Source: the human T2T-CHM13v2.0 reference genome, Homo sapiens | Length of the DNA stretch: 64,000 bases | Strand: one strand, 5' to 3' | Assembly (NCBI RefSeq): GCF_009914755.1 | Contig: NC_060935.1 | Shown here: positions 1-23,767 of the stretch, piece by piece | How positions within the stretch are numbered: the stretch's first letter is position 1 | Layout: the number at the start of each line of letters is the position of its first letter | The notes under the pieces: model-generated | Seen by the model: only the letters and a program-made list of their open reading frames with translations | The model's database searches: none | What the model was told of the DNA's origin: nothing | Translations under genes and position numbers: made by a program

Positions 1-220
1 AACTGGTTCCCACCTCCCCACTCCCATTACCTCCAACCAATTCCCTTTAAAATGCTTCTAGTGTTGACTGTACTTGGAAGAACTTTCCCACCAGAACCAA
101 GTTAAATTTTCTTTGGAATGGCATTCAGTGACCTTTCTGTGGCCTGAAATAGCCAAATCATCATTTTTCCTTATAAGTCAGACATTTAGTCTTTGAATTA
201 CTGGTAGATGAAAAGAAGAA

Positions 221-229
221 ACACACACA

Positions 230-277
<48 letters not shown>
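221..277. repeat. (CA)n microsatellite in intron 8, one interruption
   Basis: Direct reading. Confidence 0.95.
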
Positions 278-279
<2 letters not shown>

Positions 280-427
280 AAAAGATGCCCAGAGAAATAA
301 AAAGACAGAAAAAAGGAAATCTTTTCATTCTTCTATGCAAAGGGCCCTGGCTAAATTTAGCTCTTTGTACTGAAGATGTGGCATTTACTTTGATTTACTG
401 CTTCTCTACTTTGAAAAACTCTATCAC

Positions 428-12208
<11,781 letters not shown>

Positions 12209-12218
<10 letters not shown>

Positions 12219-12269
12219 GCTGGCTCTGGCTGGGGGCCGCGGGATTCCACGGGGCTCGAATATGGGGCT
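12209..12269 (-). CDS. PAX6: PAX6 exon 4 (61 bp; 51 nt 5'UTR plus ATGCAGAACA, start A at 12218)
   Basis: ctaacag|AGCCCC...GCCAGCATGCAGAACA|gtaagt; phase 1 joins exon 5 to give MQNSH. Confidence 0.97.
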
Positions 12270-12655
12270 CTGTTAGCAAGAAAATAGGAGTTAATCCTCG
12301 GGCAGCTGCATCAGGTAGGCCTGAACTCCCAACCGAGGTGGACCTGGGGCTAGGACAGGAGAATCTCCGTTCTTTAGGAATTGATCCACTCAACCTCTTG
12401 GGGCGATCTGAGGGTCACTCAGCTCTGCCCTGCAGTGCATACAAAATCTACCCTTTGGGGCTTGAAACAAAGTACTGGAATATCCCCAATCTGTTTCCCC
12501 TACATTCTTTAGCAGTTAACCCTTTAATCAGTAGAAGCGATGCCCCAATTTTGATTTATTTTCTTCTATCTGAACTATAGTGAAGAAGCATACTGAAATA
12601 GTTTGTTTTGACTGTTTGTGGGTTTTGAGCCCAAAGCAGCCACCACAGAACTTGC

Positions 12656-12732
12656 CTGAAATCTCGGATGTCTGTCCACTCTCACAATAAAAGGCCTCAC
12701 ACATCTGCGCGCCCCTAGTTAAAGTCTTCCCC
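12656..12732 (-). other. PAX6: PAX6 exon 3 (77 bp, 5'UTR) with non-canonical GC donor
   Basis: tcttag|GGGGAAGAC...ATTTCAG|gcaagt; matches recalled PAX6 mRNA leader. Confidence 0.9.
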
Positions 12733-15700
12733 CTAAGACAAAACAGAAGGAGAAAAAGGTATATCAAGCTGTGGTTCAACAGCATACGTCCATGGGCTCT
12801 CTGAGCCTCACTCTCAGGAAAAACACATGCATCTAGGGCTCAGTCAAACTGTCATCAAACTCTAAGTCCCAGCATTACACCCACATTTTCAGCGGCATCT
12901 GCCACAGAAGTCTCCATCCTTTAAAAGAGGCTGCTCTGGTCTGGCTTGGGAGAATTGGAAAATCTAGCAAGTTCGGATCCCACTTTGCAAAAATATAAAG
13001 AACCAGGAAAAGGGGAAGGGGGAAACAGGAGGAACAGTGGAGTAAGGAGTAGAGGCCAAGAGCTGAGGTTGAAGGGGTGTGAGGGGAGAGGAATACCTGA
13101 AGTTTGGAGACCAGGGGAAGGGAACCTTGGAACTTCCTGGTGCCGGAGAGCATAGGCTGGAGCAGTTTGGGAGGGCTGCAGGGCCACACTCCCTCCTTCC
13201 TTAAGGAACTTCACAAGACCCCCAGAACCCAACACTCTGCTTACCCTTTATCTTCTACTCCTCTCCCTACACCAAAAAAACTTCCCAATGGCCCCCTCTC
13301 CATCTACCTCCCAGCTTTCTGGGACTTTGAAAGGGGCAAGCCCAACTTTTTATCCCAAACCTCACTTATTGTGATTAACTTCTCTTTTGGCGTTTAGATC
13401 TTCACCCCTTTAACTGTACTGTGACACACCCTGTCTACCTCGCCTCACTGCTTTAAAAAGTACGAACAGGAGGGGGTGAGCGTGGTCGACAAAGCCGACA
13501 GACGGCAAACAATGGCTTCTATTCTCCAGCTTTCCTCGAACCCAAGGAGCAAAACCGAGTCTCCCTAACCAGCAACACAGCTTCCAACCAAATGTACCAA
13601 CAACCCACCAACTCACAAAGGGAACAGAGGGACGCTTCTAGCTTCATAAGCCCTGACCCAGTGCAGGGGTCCCCGAGGCTGCTCCCGTACGAACACCTCC
13701 CTACCTTTCCCAAAGGAAAAAAAAAAAAAGTCTTTTGGGTGAGTGGAGAAAATAGAAAAGTAATTTCTTGTTGTAAATATCTGGAGGTAATTGTGTTACT
13801 GGTGTGAGTTGTTAGGGGCTGTAAAAAGATACAACGGCACCGTGGGGAGCTCAATTGGGAAGAGAGAGTTACAATAAAGAGCCCATTCAAGAGGTCTGCC
13901 CCCCAAAAAGAGGTAAAATAACAAAACAGTCACAGCATCATTTCTCTCTGTTTTTTTTTAAATGCATTATTTTTTCTGTTTTACCTATGGTGATTATTGA
14001 TCTGCCTGCCTGCAAGCAAAGAATTTCAAGAAGCACATTTTACTCTACAAGGCCATTCCTGGTCTACTTTTTAACTACTTGGTAGACAGCTTAAATCCAT
14101 AAAAATAAACCGAAAATGAGGACTTTTTCTCAGCATTGGGTAAATACTGGCCACAGCAGAGGGTTACTAGTTACCCTTATCTAGGTTGGCTCTCCAATGC
14201 TTCCTTCCTGTCTCTCAGTCCCGGCACCCATAGCCATGCCCTGGATAGGCAAAATCTCCAACTCTAATGCAAAATACCCCACCCCAACAAATGCAGGACC
14301 CTGAAGCTGCAAAGGAGTAGTAGGTGGGGAGATGGGGAATGGAATTCCCCTAGGAGGGGTAAAACTTCCAGAACTCCACTTTGTAACCCACGCTGTGCAC
14401 AATCACAACAGAATGCTCCCATCCTGGCTTGTAACTTCTTGATACCATTTTTTTTTAAATTCAGTAGCTGAGCACAAAGAGGCCTCGTTGATTAGTTTTC
14501 GAAGCAGCTGGGAAGGTGGTAGTATTTCAAATTCCAGTTCTGCTCCATTCCCACTTCCCTCTCGCTAAGAAGCTATCTAATTACTTAAGTAAACGTGAAC
14601 ACTAAGTGCAGAAGCAACCCGGGAAGTGGGGCACATCGACACCCGGAAGCAGTCCTGTGCACCGGAGAGGTCAGACCCCCAACTGCAGCCTCAGCCCCCC
14701 AGCTCAGCCCGAGGCTCTGTACGGCCTCGCTGGGGCCATAGAACCACATCCTGAACGAAGGAGTCTCCAGACATTTTGGAGTCGCCCCAGCCTTGGACCA
14801 CAAGAGAGTGGTCACTGCCCCCACCTCTCTGTCCCCAACACAAGCCTCAGTTTTCAAATGCTGTTCTTTTTTTAATTACTTAATTCTCAAATTCCATCCC
14901 CAAACTCTTTAACTGAGGTAAAGGGGAGAGCTCTCGGTCCTCCCGCCCCCAGCCAAAAGAGTAATTAGCAATTATGATGACAAAGTTTTACTCTCTAGGG
15001 CCAAATAAGATAACAACTAATCAAACTGCCTTCACGCTTTTGCAAAGGTCACTGGCTATAAAAAATGTAATGTCAACCGCAACAACTATTATTTCTCTTC
15101 AGTAAACTCGCCAGGCTCAAGCTCTTTGCCTTTCATTTCATTTTCTGCTCCCAGCCCCTTCTAAAACCTTCCCAAGTTCGAGTTAAACGTCCAGAATGGC
15201 TTAGGGAGCTTGGGAGAGTATAAGAAAAATAAAAAGGAAGAAAGAAAGAAACCACGTTCACTTTGTTTTTAAACTTTCTAGAAATCGCTCATGAATGAAG
15301 AGCCAGGTTTTAGCACTCGAAAAAGAAAGCATTTCCACTTGAAATTCAACTCCATTTCCCCCAATTACACTTGCTAAAATTCAGGGCTATTATGGCGCAG
15401 GGAGACTGAGAAAATCTGCACAAGGAAAGAGGCAACAACTTTATGAACTTTGAAAAGACACTTTTCCTCCTGGGATCTTAGAATCGAAAGCTCTCAAATT
15501 ACTCCGACTAATTAGCCGGGAGAAGAAGTGATCAGACGAGGGGGAAGGCCAATGCTTTCATACAGATTTATTTTCAAGGCCTTACCAAGAAAAACATAAG
15601 GGGATTCGGAGTAAAACAAACAAAAAAGCAAACCAACTCTGCACCTCAAAACTTGCTGAAATCCCAACACCTGGTGAGACTGGATCAGAGGAAAACAAGG

Positions 15701-16634
15701 AAAAATACCCACCAAGCGCAGGGGGCCGGAGAACAGGGAAGAGCCCCAGCCTCCGCAAGGCAAGGGAGATGAGAGTCGGGGGAAGCCTGGGGAGCAGAGA
15801 GTTTTCAAGTTCCGAGCTCAGCGCTCCAGTGGAGTTGGGGGCAAGAGCCCGGGGGCTGGGTGGAAGCTGACAGTCCTCCCGCTCGGCTCTGAGCTCCCTC
15901 GGAGCGCGCGTTCCACCGCCTTGGCCTGGTGGCTTCCTTCCCGGCTCGCGCTAGCTCGCTCTTCCCTCTACCTCCAGCGTGCGGCTGCCTTGCCGACTGA
16001 CTCCACTCGGGCTGGTGGCGGGCGCGGTGCCCCCCTCGGCGCTCGAGTGCCGGCTGACTCTTCTGCGCCGGAGCCCAGTGCGGCACAAAGCCCGAGGGCC
16101 GGCGGGCGGGCGGAGACGCGGCGAGCAGGTTCCCTCGGCGCTCCCTCGGCGAGTCCTCGGAGCGCCCGCTCTCTGCGCGTTCGCTGGGCCTCGGGCTGGA
16201 CAAAGCAGCCGGCAGCGGTTGCTCTCTGCGGCCGTTCCAGGGCCTTGGGCACCACAGAGCCTCTTCGTCTTTTCCCGCGGGTCGGGAGCATTGGGCGACG
16301 CTGGGGCTAGGAGCCGCGGCTGCTGTCGCGCCTGGAGTCTCCCTTCTTCCCGCGAGCTCAGCCCGCGCTGGCGCTGGCGCTGGCGCTGGGGCTGAGCTGG
16401 CCGCCCGCCCCGAGCCCTGCGCCGCTCCCGCTCGCCGGCAGTCGCCCTCCGACGCGGGCTTTCGCTGGAAGTAGAAAGTTTGGGCTCCTGCGTGGAAACT
16501 TCTCCGGCCCAACTCTCCCGGCGTAGCAGTGGGGGAGGGGACCGGCGAGAGGGGAGGAAGGAAGGGGGGAGGAAGGGGGAGACCTGTCTGAATATTGCAA
16601 TAAAAATAAAGCGAGAAGAAAGAAGTGGACTCAC

Positions 16635-16822
16635 CTTTATGAGGCATCCTTTCTGGTTGTCACAGCTTCTGTCAAGAGTTTTGTTTGGTTGGGGTTTTTT
16701 GTGCTGCTGTTGTTGCTTGAAGACCACAATGGTTTGAAATGACGGTGTTTTAAAGGAGTTGCTGGTGAGAGTTTTCTCCACGGATGTTGCTGGGTTGGTG
16801 TGTGAGAGCAATTCTCAGATTC
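16635..16822 (-). other. PAX6: PAX6 exon 2 (188 bp, 5'UTR)
   Basis: ttcccag|GAATCTGAG...CATAAAG|gtgagt; matches recalled mRNA leader. Confidence 0.92.
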
Positions 16823-16921
16823 CTGGGAAGGAGACAGAGATTGACAATAAAATGGGCTGTCAGCGGCTGGAGAGTGAGAGATAAAGAGTGTGGGTGAGGG
16901 AAGTGGCTGCAGCCAGCACAC

Positions 16922-17160
16922 CTATGCTGATTGGTGATGGCTCAAGTGTGTTAATGTGTGTGTGCCGGCGCCCGGCCTCGCCTCCACCGCTCCTCACTGG
17001 CCCATTAGCGAAGCCTGACCTCTGTCATCATCCTCCAGCAAAACACTTCCTCCTGCGCCTGAACCAGAGCGGGAAATGAGGCCGAGCCACGGTTCCCTTT
17101 TCAAACCCACTAATCACTCCGCAACATGCAAATGCACCGCTCGCTCTCACACAAAATATT
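16922..17160 (-). other. PAX6: PAX6 exon 1 (P1 first exon; donor CATAG|gtgtgc at 16922/16921, alternative donor CAGAG|gtcagg at 17020/17019; 5' end approximate)
   Basis: Sequence AATATTTTGTGTGAGAGCGAGCGG...CAGCATAG matches recalled P1 transcripts; 99-bp intron to exon 2. Confidence 0.85.
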
Positions 17161-17400
17161 GCTTTATGCAAAGCAGCGCCGGGGCCTCGCGCCAGCCGAT
17201 TGGATGCTCCCTCTCCCCGCCTGGTGCAATTGGTCCGTTTGTTTGAATATGAATACACTTGTTTTCGGCTCCGCCGGTGGGTCCCGGCTCCTCTCCCCGG
17301 CGCAGGGCCCCCGAGCCCGGGCTCTGGCGCTCGCCTGCATCTCCCCGCTCCGCGCACGCCGAGATTCGGCGCGGCCCGCCCTGCTGCCGCGAACTTGAGC
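17161..17400 (-). promoter_or_regulatory. PAX6: PAX6 P1 promoter
   Basis: TATA-like CATAAAG (17162-17168), CCAAT boxes at 17199-17203 and 17229-17233 (minus), inside CpG island directly upstream of exon 1. Confidence 0.8.
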
Positions 17401-18095
17401 GGTCAAGTGAAGGTTTCTGGGTTGGGGGTCGCGCCCCCACTCCCCCTAAGCTGGACTCGGGACTCCCAGTCCTCGGAGGGTGCAAGTTTCTGTGCTGTCC
17501 TTTCTTGCCAACTCCAGGACAGCGTGGCCTGCCGCCCCGCCCCCGCCCGCCCCCACCCCATCCCAGCCGGGGCCCCAAGACACAGAGCACAGCGGCGGCC
17601 GCACCCCAGCCCACCTGGCCCCTTGGAAGAAGAGGAAAGGGGCGGGAGCGTCACTGGGTCCTGGCAGCTCCATTCCAGCTGCGGAGGCCGCGGCGAAGCC
17701 TAGGCCGAGAGGAGGTTGCCGGGCCGAGAACTAAACGAGGCCAGAGGCCTCCCCAGCCCAAGCCTCCAGGGCCTGTCCAAATCCTCCACCCCGCTCTCCC
17801 CGCCCTTTCTTCTCTCCTTTCTCCTTTCGGAAGCCGCGGTGCGCAGCGGAGCAGAGGCACAGCTCTGGCTGGAGAGGCCCGAGTAAACACGCCACTTACT
17901 TTGTGTACAGAGGGTTCTTGTGAAAAGCCCTGAAGAGTCCTCACCAAACACTCACCAACTTCTCCCACGTGCCATTTGTTGACTAAGTGCGGCTGCTTTT
18001 CGCAGCGCCCGAGAGGAGGGGAAGCCAGGGGAGATAAGAGGGGAGGGGGAGTGGAAGCCTGGGTGGGGGGGCGGATGACCAATGCTGGGAGGGAT

Positions 18096-18104
18096 TCTCT
18101 CTCT

Positions 18105-18148
<44 letters not shown>
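18096..18148. repeat. (AC)m(AG)n compound microsatellite about 1 kb upstream of P1 (known polymorphic PAX6 promoter repeat)
   Basis: (TC)n directly followed by about 20 (TG) units. Confidence 0.9.
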
Positions 18149-18151
<3 letters not shown>

Positions 18152-20793
18152 ACTGGCGATGTCGGTATGTCAGCGTGTGTCGTGTGTGCCACCGGTCATC
18201 TGTGTGTGGTGCGTGTGTCTCCGCACCACGACTCCCTCTCCTGGGTCTGCTCAGTCCACGGAGGCAGCTCCCCTTCAGCTGTTGCCAGAAAACCGGGGAG
18301 GAAAGTAAGTAAATGGCTTTTCTCTTCTGACCACACACCAGAAGTCCATTTGTTGAATGCCGCACGATTAGGACACACCTCAGTACACTCCAAAGGCGCC
18401 CCTCGGAGCCTGCAGTTAAGGTGACAGGAGAGCGAGCGGCTGCCTGGTCCTGCGCTGTCCCGAGCTCTCTCGGCGGCTTCGGGCCACGGAGCCGGGAAGG
18501 AGAAGGAAGGCCTGGGCTGCTGTACACACCCCAGGACAGGGCGAGGGGGAATAGGGCTGAAGAGCTGAGGCAGGGAGGCTGAAATGAAGCAGCCGAAGGG
18601 TACGCTAGACTCTTCTTGACTTAGGGAAAGTGCTGAAAGTCAGAGCTCATCAATAAAATCTGCGCGACCTGAACTCGCTGCTGACTGGCCGCGTCGCCGC
18701 AGCCCCTGGCAGCCGGGACAGTGAGGACGCTGCAAGCCGCCCTGGGCCGCCGGGCCACATGTGGGCCTCACCCTCTCGTTCCTGCCTGGGACCCAGCAGC
18801 CCTGCGACCAAGGAGCCCGGGCAGGGCTCCCGGGAAGCAAAGGCCTCCCCGGCCCTAGCCAGAGGTGGGGTCGCATAACCCTCTCCCCTCCCCGGGCTGG
18901 GGAGGGCTGCCGGCTCTAACCCTTCCCCGGGAGCTCGCAGCGCCGGGAGGAAACCTGGGTCAGAGGTGAAGGAGGTGGCGCCGGGTGTCCAGGTCCGCGG
19001 CCTCCTGGGCGAGGTTTCATTTCGCAGGAGCGCGACTTTCGGAGGATGCCGGCAAGTGGGGCCGCGGCCCTGAGTCCCAGACCAGCGAAAGTCGGCTTTC
19101 TCTTTCTCTCTCCTTTTACTTTCCAAGCGAGCATTAAAGAAGCTTGGACTCAAGACTCAAGTCCGCTGTGCATGAGCGAGGGACTTGCGGGGGGGCGGGG
19201 GGGGGGGAAGTGATTCTGTCCGAACTGGAGGCGAGTATCATTTTTACAACCTCTCAATTAGCGACCGAGTGGATTAGCACCTTCTTAAGCTTTGCCTCGG
19301 AAAGAAGCAGCCGTAATCTTGTTGCTATTTCCCCCCAGGGCACTGGCTCTTTGAATCAGCTCCTTCTCCCACCCCTCCAACCCCCATCTCGCTGCGGAGA
19401 AAAGTTTTAACAAAAAATCAGAAAAGGCAAGGAGCGAGGAGTGAATGCCACTGACGTCATTGGGTGGGGAAGGGGGCTCCGGGAAAGACTCCTGGAAACT
19501 CCTCCGCACAAACAAAAAACAAAAAGGACTTGGCTGCTTCCCATGTGTCAATATTTGGGGAGGGGAGTTCAACCCCAGAATGAGGCCGAGTTTTCAAAGT
19601 TTAAGGAGAGAGGGGTGAGAGTGAGATTTCCTCGTTCTCTCTGGACTGGTCTCAAGGAAGGTGGGGGTGCTGTTCTACCTCGTGGGGAGCCTCACTCCCT
19701 CTGCCAAGTACCGGCTCTGGGGGCGAAGCGGCCTAGGGGTGTGGGGGCCGAGACTGAGGTGCGGGCGCGGTTGCCAGAGGTGTGTACAAAACCGAGACAA
19801 CTCGCAGGTCGCCATTTTAATTGCGGCTACCAACACGCCCGAGGCCCACTTGCTGCCCTCCAAGACGCGGGGGGGCGGCGGGGATTGCGCTTTAGGTTCT
19901 GTCTCCTTTCCCCGCCTCCCCACAGGCCCCTGTTCCCCCCTACCCTCCGCCCCCTGTGGCCAGAGGGAGGACCTCTCAGGCCGGCGGGTGCGTTCCCGCG
20001 GGGGCCGCCGGGGTCGTCCCACCCGGTAGCGGGGCTGTCTGCGTGGAGGGAGTCCCGCTGGGGGACCGTGGCTCGCCAGAGCCTGCCCAGAGCTTCTAGC
20101 CAGTATTGATGCGTCAACATGAGGTGAGGCAAGCATCTCACCCGCACCGATCCCTGGCATTCCCCTGTGCCCACCCCATCAGGCCTTCGGGGAGGCAAAG
20201 AAGTGCCCACTTCTGGGGGGAAGTGCCTCCAGCTCCCAGCTTCAGAACCAAGAGCCTCCCATCCGGAGTTCTGACAGTTCTGACACCTCCAAACTCTCTC
20301 TTTCCCCGGTCAAGCAGAGGCGCAGCGCCGGCGCGCTGGAAAGGGTGAAGACTGGCATTTTTTGGAGAAGGAAAGTCTTGGCAGACACCTGCGTCACTTT
20401 GTAGTGCCCCAAACGTCTCTCTTTTTGCAGACCCTGGGAAGGTGGGATCCCTTGTCCGCGGAGCTGGCAAACGGGTCCAGTGAGCCCTAAAGGCAAAGGC
20501 TCCCATCCCGGCCGCCCAGTCCCTGGTGCCTCCCCCACTTCCAGGCCTTTGTCCCTCTCCTTTCTCCAGCAACCTGCCGGTTCCCGCTAACCCGGCAGCC
20601 TCGCCGAGCCCAGAGCCTAGAAAAGCCAAGAAGATCCCAGAGCCGCCCCGTGGCACCTTCAGGCTGTGGCCACTGCTCGGCTTGGGGGGAAGCCGCGGTG
20701 CCCTCGCCCTTCCTCGCCTCCTGCCAAATGGCCAGTGCTAGGGGCTCCCTGGGTTCAGTCCTCAGTCCTCTTCCGTTCGCTCTGGGAGGCCAG

Positions 20794-20797
<4 letters not shown>

Positions 20798-20843
<46 letters not shown>
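20798..20843. repeat. (TC)n microsatellite
   Basis: Direct reading. Confidence 0.95.
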
Positions 20844-20844
<1 letters not shown>

Positions 20845-22369
20845 GTCTTCTCCCTGCCCACCCCCAAAATACCTTTAAAATAACATTGTCCAGTGGAGTC
20901 TCCCAGCAAAGGGATTCCTAGCAGCCCAGCGGGTCAGACTCCCAAGGCTTTGCCTCCCAGTCCCTCCATGCTGTTGTCCAGATAGGAGTTAGGTTTAAAA
21001 CTCCTGACATGTAGGACAACTGAAATCAGCGGCACTCTCCGATTTTTGCAAATAGGGTTCCTAGAAAAGTTTGCTTTCCATTTCATCACCCTGTGACGAT
21101 CCCCCCATCTCTCTTTTCCCTGTAACCTCTGCCCCCAAGAGGCAAGAGTTCAGCTTCAAAGGAAAAGCAAGCAAGTCAAGGCCACCTCAGTCCCTTCTCC
21201 CTGGATATCCCCTCTCTAAACCGCTGCCTATTCTAAAGGCCAACGACCCGGTCCTGCGATTTGTCCCGTTGTAGACCTGGGAACAGGCAGGCGGGAACTG
21301 GGGGCTTTACTGGGGGATTTGAGGCTGGGGAGGGGGAGGGAGCAAATGTCATGGCTGGCTCGCTCAAGCATCCAGGGAACCGAAGCTAAGCGCATCCTGA
21401 CGGGCTTTTAAAATGACATTGATTAGGACAAGCTGTTCCCAACCCCAGTAAGAGTTAATCTGCCTGTTAATCAAGGCACTAAGGGGCTCAATGCGAGTTT
21501 TATTAGCGACAGGAGAACAGAGGCGGCAGCCAGGGATCAAAAGCCGGGATCCCATATATTTGTCAGCGCTATCTCCAAAAAAAAAAAAAAAAGTATTTTC
21601 AATTTGAAAACAATTCGGCGCTTTTCGTCACTTCCTAACCCAGTCTCACAGAGGGTGACTTCCAAACCTGGCTAGCGGGGAAAACCGCTGCCCGGGGGAC
21701 AGAGGGGCTGACAGGAACTGCGGGTTGGCTCAGCCGAATGCGGCCGGGGAGAATTTAAGAATTCTCAGCCCGCGCGGCCCGATGCCTCTGATTCCTCACG
21801 AGAGGAAAGGGAATGAAAAATGAAGCAACAAATGACACCACCCAGGCTGGCAGCCCTCGTTCCCGGCCAGACCCCGCTCCTCAGGCCCGGCTCTGGCGCC
21901 GGGTGGCGTCCAGCCCCTGCACGCGCGGCGCGGCCCGCGGGAAAGTTTGTGCAGCGAGAGTGACTGTCCTTCCGCCTCGCGCGCGCTGCCCCCTTCTGCC
22001 CCGGAGGGGCGTTGGGTTCCCTTCGGTTTTCCTTTCCAATTCTAAAATAAATAAATAAACTCCGGGCCCTGGGGAAATCTGAATAGTAATTCCAGTCATC
22101 CAAATTCTATGAGAGGGTCTGAGGAAAAAAAGACAAGCCTATCACGGGCGCCCTCCGATCACGAAGGGCACGGGCATGAGAAGGCGACAGAGGAGGTCCT
22201 CGGCTCGCCCTGGGCGCGGAGCGAGGACTCTGGTCAGAGGTAATTATGTCACCGCGTTTTCTCGCCGTGACAGCCGAATAAACACGATCTCCAATAAACA
22301 TCTCTAATGAGGGAGGAGGCCCGAGGATGGCTGGGTTTGATTTATGACTGGAGGAGAAGGTCCACTTCC

Positions 22370-22444
22370 CACTGCGAAGCAGGCGACCTGCTCGCCGCCC
22401 AGCTCCAGGGAGAGGAACCCGCGGAGGAGAGGATCCCGGCCCAG
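22370..22444 (+). ncRNA. PAX6-AS1: Probable first exon of antisense lncRNA PAX6-AS1 (intron runs rightwards; 5' end approximate)
   Basis: Strong + strand donor CAG|GTAAGG at 22444/22445 in a CpG island; position consistent with recalled annotation. Confidence 0.5.
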
Positions 22445-23614
22445 GTAAGGCGTGCGGCCGGACTGCCACTGCGCTCGTCCCCCGTTTCCAGGTGAGGTGA
22501 GCAGGGGGCGGCCACCGCTCGGAGTCGGGCGGAGGTCCCAACACCTGTCACAGGTGACTGAGCTCCGAAGGTGCTCCCAGAAGACCTAGAAAGGGGGCGC
22601 AGGAGCGCGAGTGGGAGTGGGGGTTGGGGGCTAGCCGGGGCCTGGCCCAGAGGCCGCCCCAAACTCCCGGGCGGGGTTCTTGGGTGCCCCGCCTAAGCCG
22701 GCCTGGGCGTCTCCAGCTGCTTTTAGGGCCGGGCTCCCAGGACTTTCGCCCGGCTGAACCACAAGTTAGTCTAAGTTTGGGTCGTCCCTTCCCTGACTCA
22801 CTAAGGGGACACTTCCGGGCCCCGGCTCTGGCCCTCCAAGGGCCGCAGGGTGGTGGGCGCTTCTCTTTCCCGGGCTTGGCGGCCCGGCTCCCATGGCGCC
22901 CGCGCGCTTCCCGCCGAGGCAGCCAGCGCAGCGCCCGCAGTAACCGGAGCCCGCGTTCTAGCTCAGTGAGAATCGCTAATTATTAGGTCTTCCGAAGTGA
23001 AGCTCAAATCACACGCTGGGAGCTTTACGCGCTGCCCAGCTCTGTCGGCCGCATTCTTTCGTACTCCGCGTCTTTCTGAGAAACGAACCCCATCTCTAGA
23101 CTTTGTTGCGGTCCAGCCATCTGCACTTTGCAACCGCGGGAAACTTCTGCTGCACCTCGCCCGACCCGCGGCAGGGTGTCTTTAAGCGCTCCAGGCGCGG
23201 GTACGGACTTTCCCAAGCGTGGATGTCGTGAACTGCGATGCAGAGGAGGTCTGGATGCAAAGTGCGTCCCCACCTCCTGCATTTTTCGCGGTCGCGAGTG
23301 GCTTTAGCAGACAGCAGCAGCAGACTCCCGCCCCCTACTCCCAGCTCAGGGCCGGACTGGAAGTCCACTCTTAGGAGTGGAACATTTTGCTACTTTTGCA
23401 GAAGAGCACACTCGGCAAAGACAAGTCCCTCCTCCACCCCCCTTCCTATCCCTCCCTCAGTAACTCGCTTCCATCTTTGTATGCCTCCTTTTAAAAGCAA
23501 AAATCAAGCCCCGGGGCCACTTGGGGCGGGCTTTGATTTGGGGACAGCAGTCGCTGGCAGCGGAGAGGCCCCGCGGGCCCCGAGCCGGGCCGGGGCCGGA
23601 GCCCGGGCGGTTAC

Positions 23615-23767
23615 CTGGGAGCGGAGGGCGGGGAGGCAGGTGAGCCTGGCAGCGCCGGTTCCCACACTTCTCACCGCCGCTCGGCAGGGGAAGTGGCAGA
23701 TCTGACAGCCGCGTTCTACGCGAGGACCTGCCCCAGAGTTTAAATGTCAATGATAAGAAAAGAGGGT
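23615..23767 (-). other. PAX6: PAX6 exon 0 (P0 first exon, non-coding; 5' end approximate)
   Basis: Donor CTCCCAG|gtaacc at 23615/23614; begins ACCCTCTTTTCTTATCATTG about 25 nt downstream of TATA-like box. Confidence 0.85.

Larger units (their letters stand above)
15850..20750. other. CpG island cluster spanning intron 2, P1 and upstream
   Basis: High GC and CpG density. Confidence 0.8.

Noticed and set aside
15805-16811. 280-aa and 286-aa ORFs running from exon 2 into intron 2
   Set aside because: GC-rich, Arg/Pro/Ala/Gly-biased, no domain; they cross a strong donor and exist only on intron retention
17259-20160. Many 150-225 aa ORFs on both strands
   Set aside because: Stop-codon scarcity in CpG islands; overlapping in all frames with no recognisable protein
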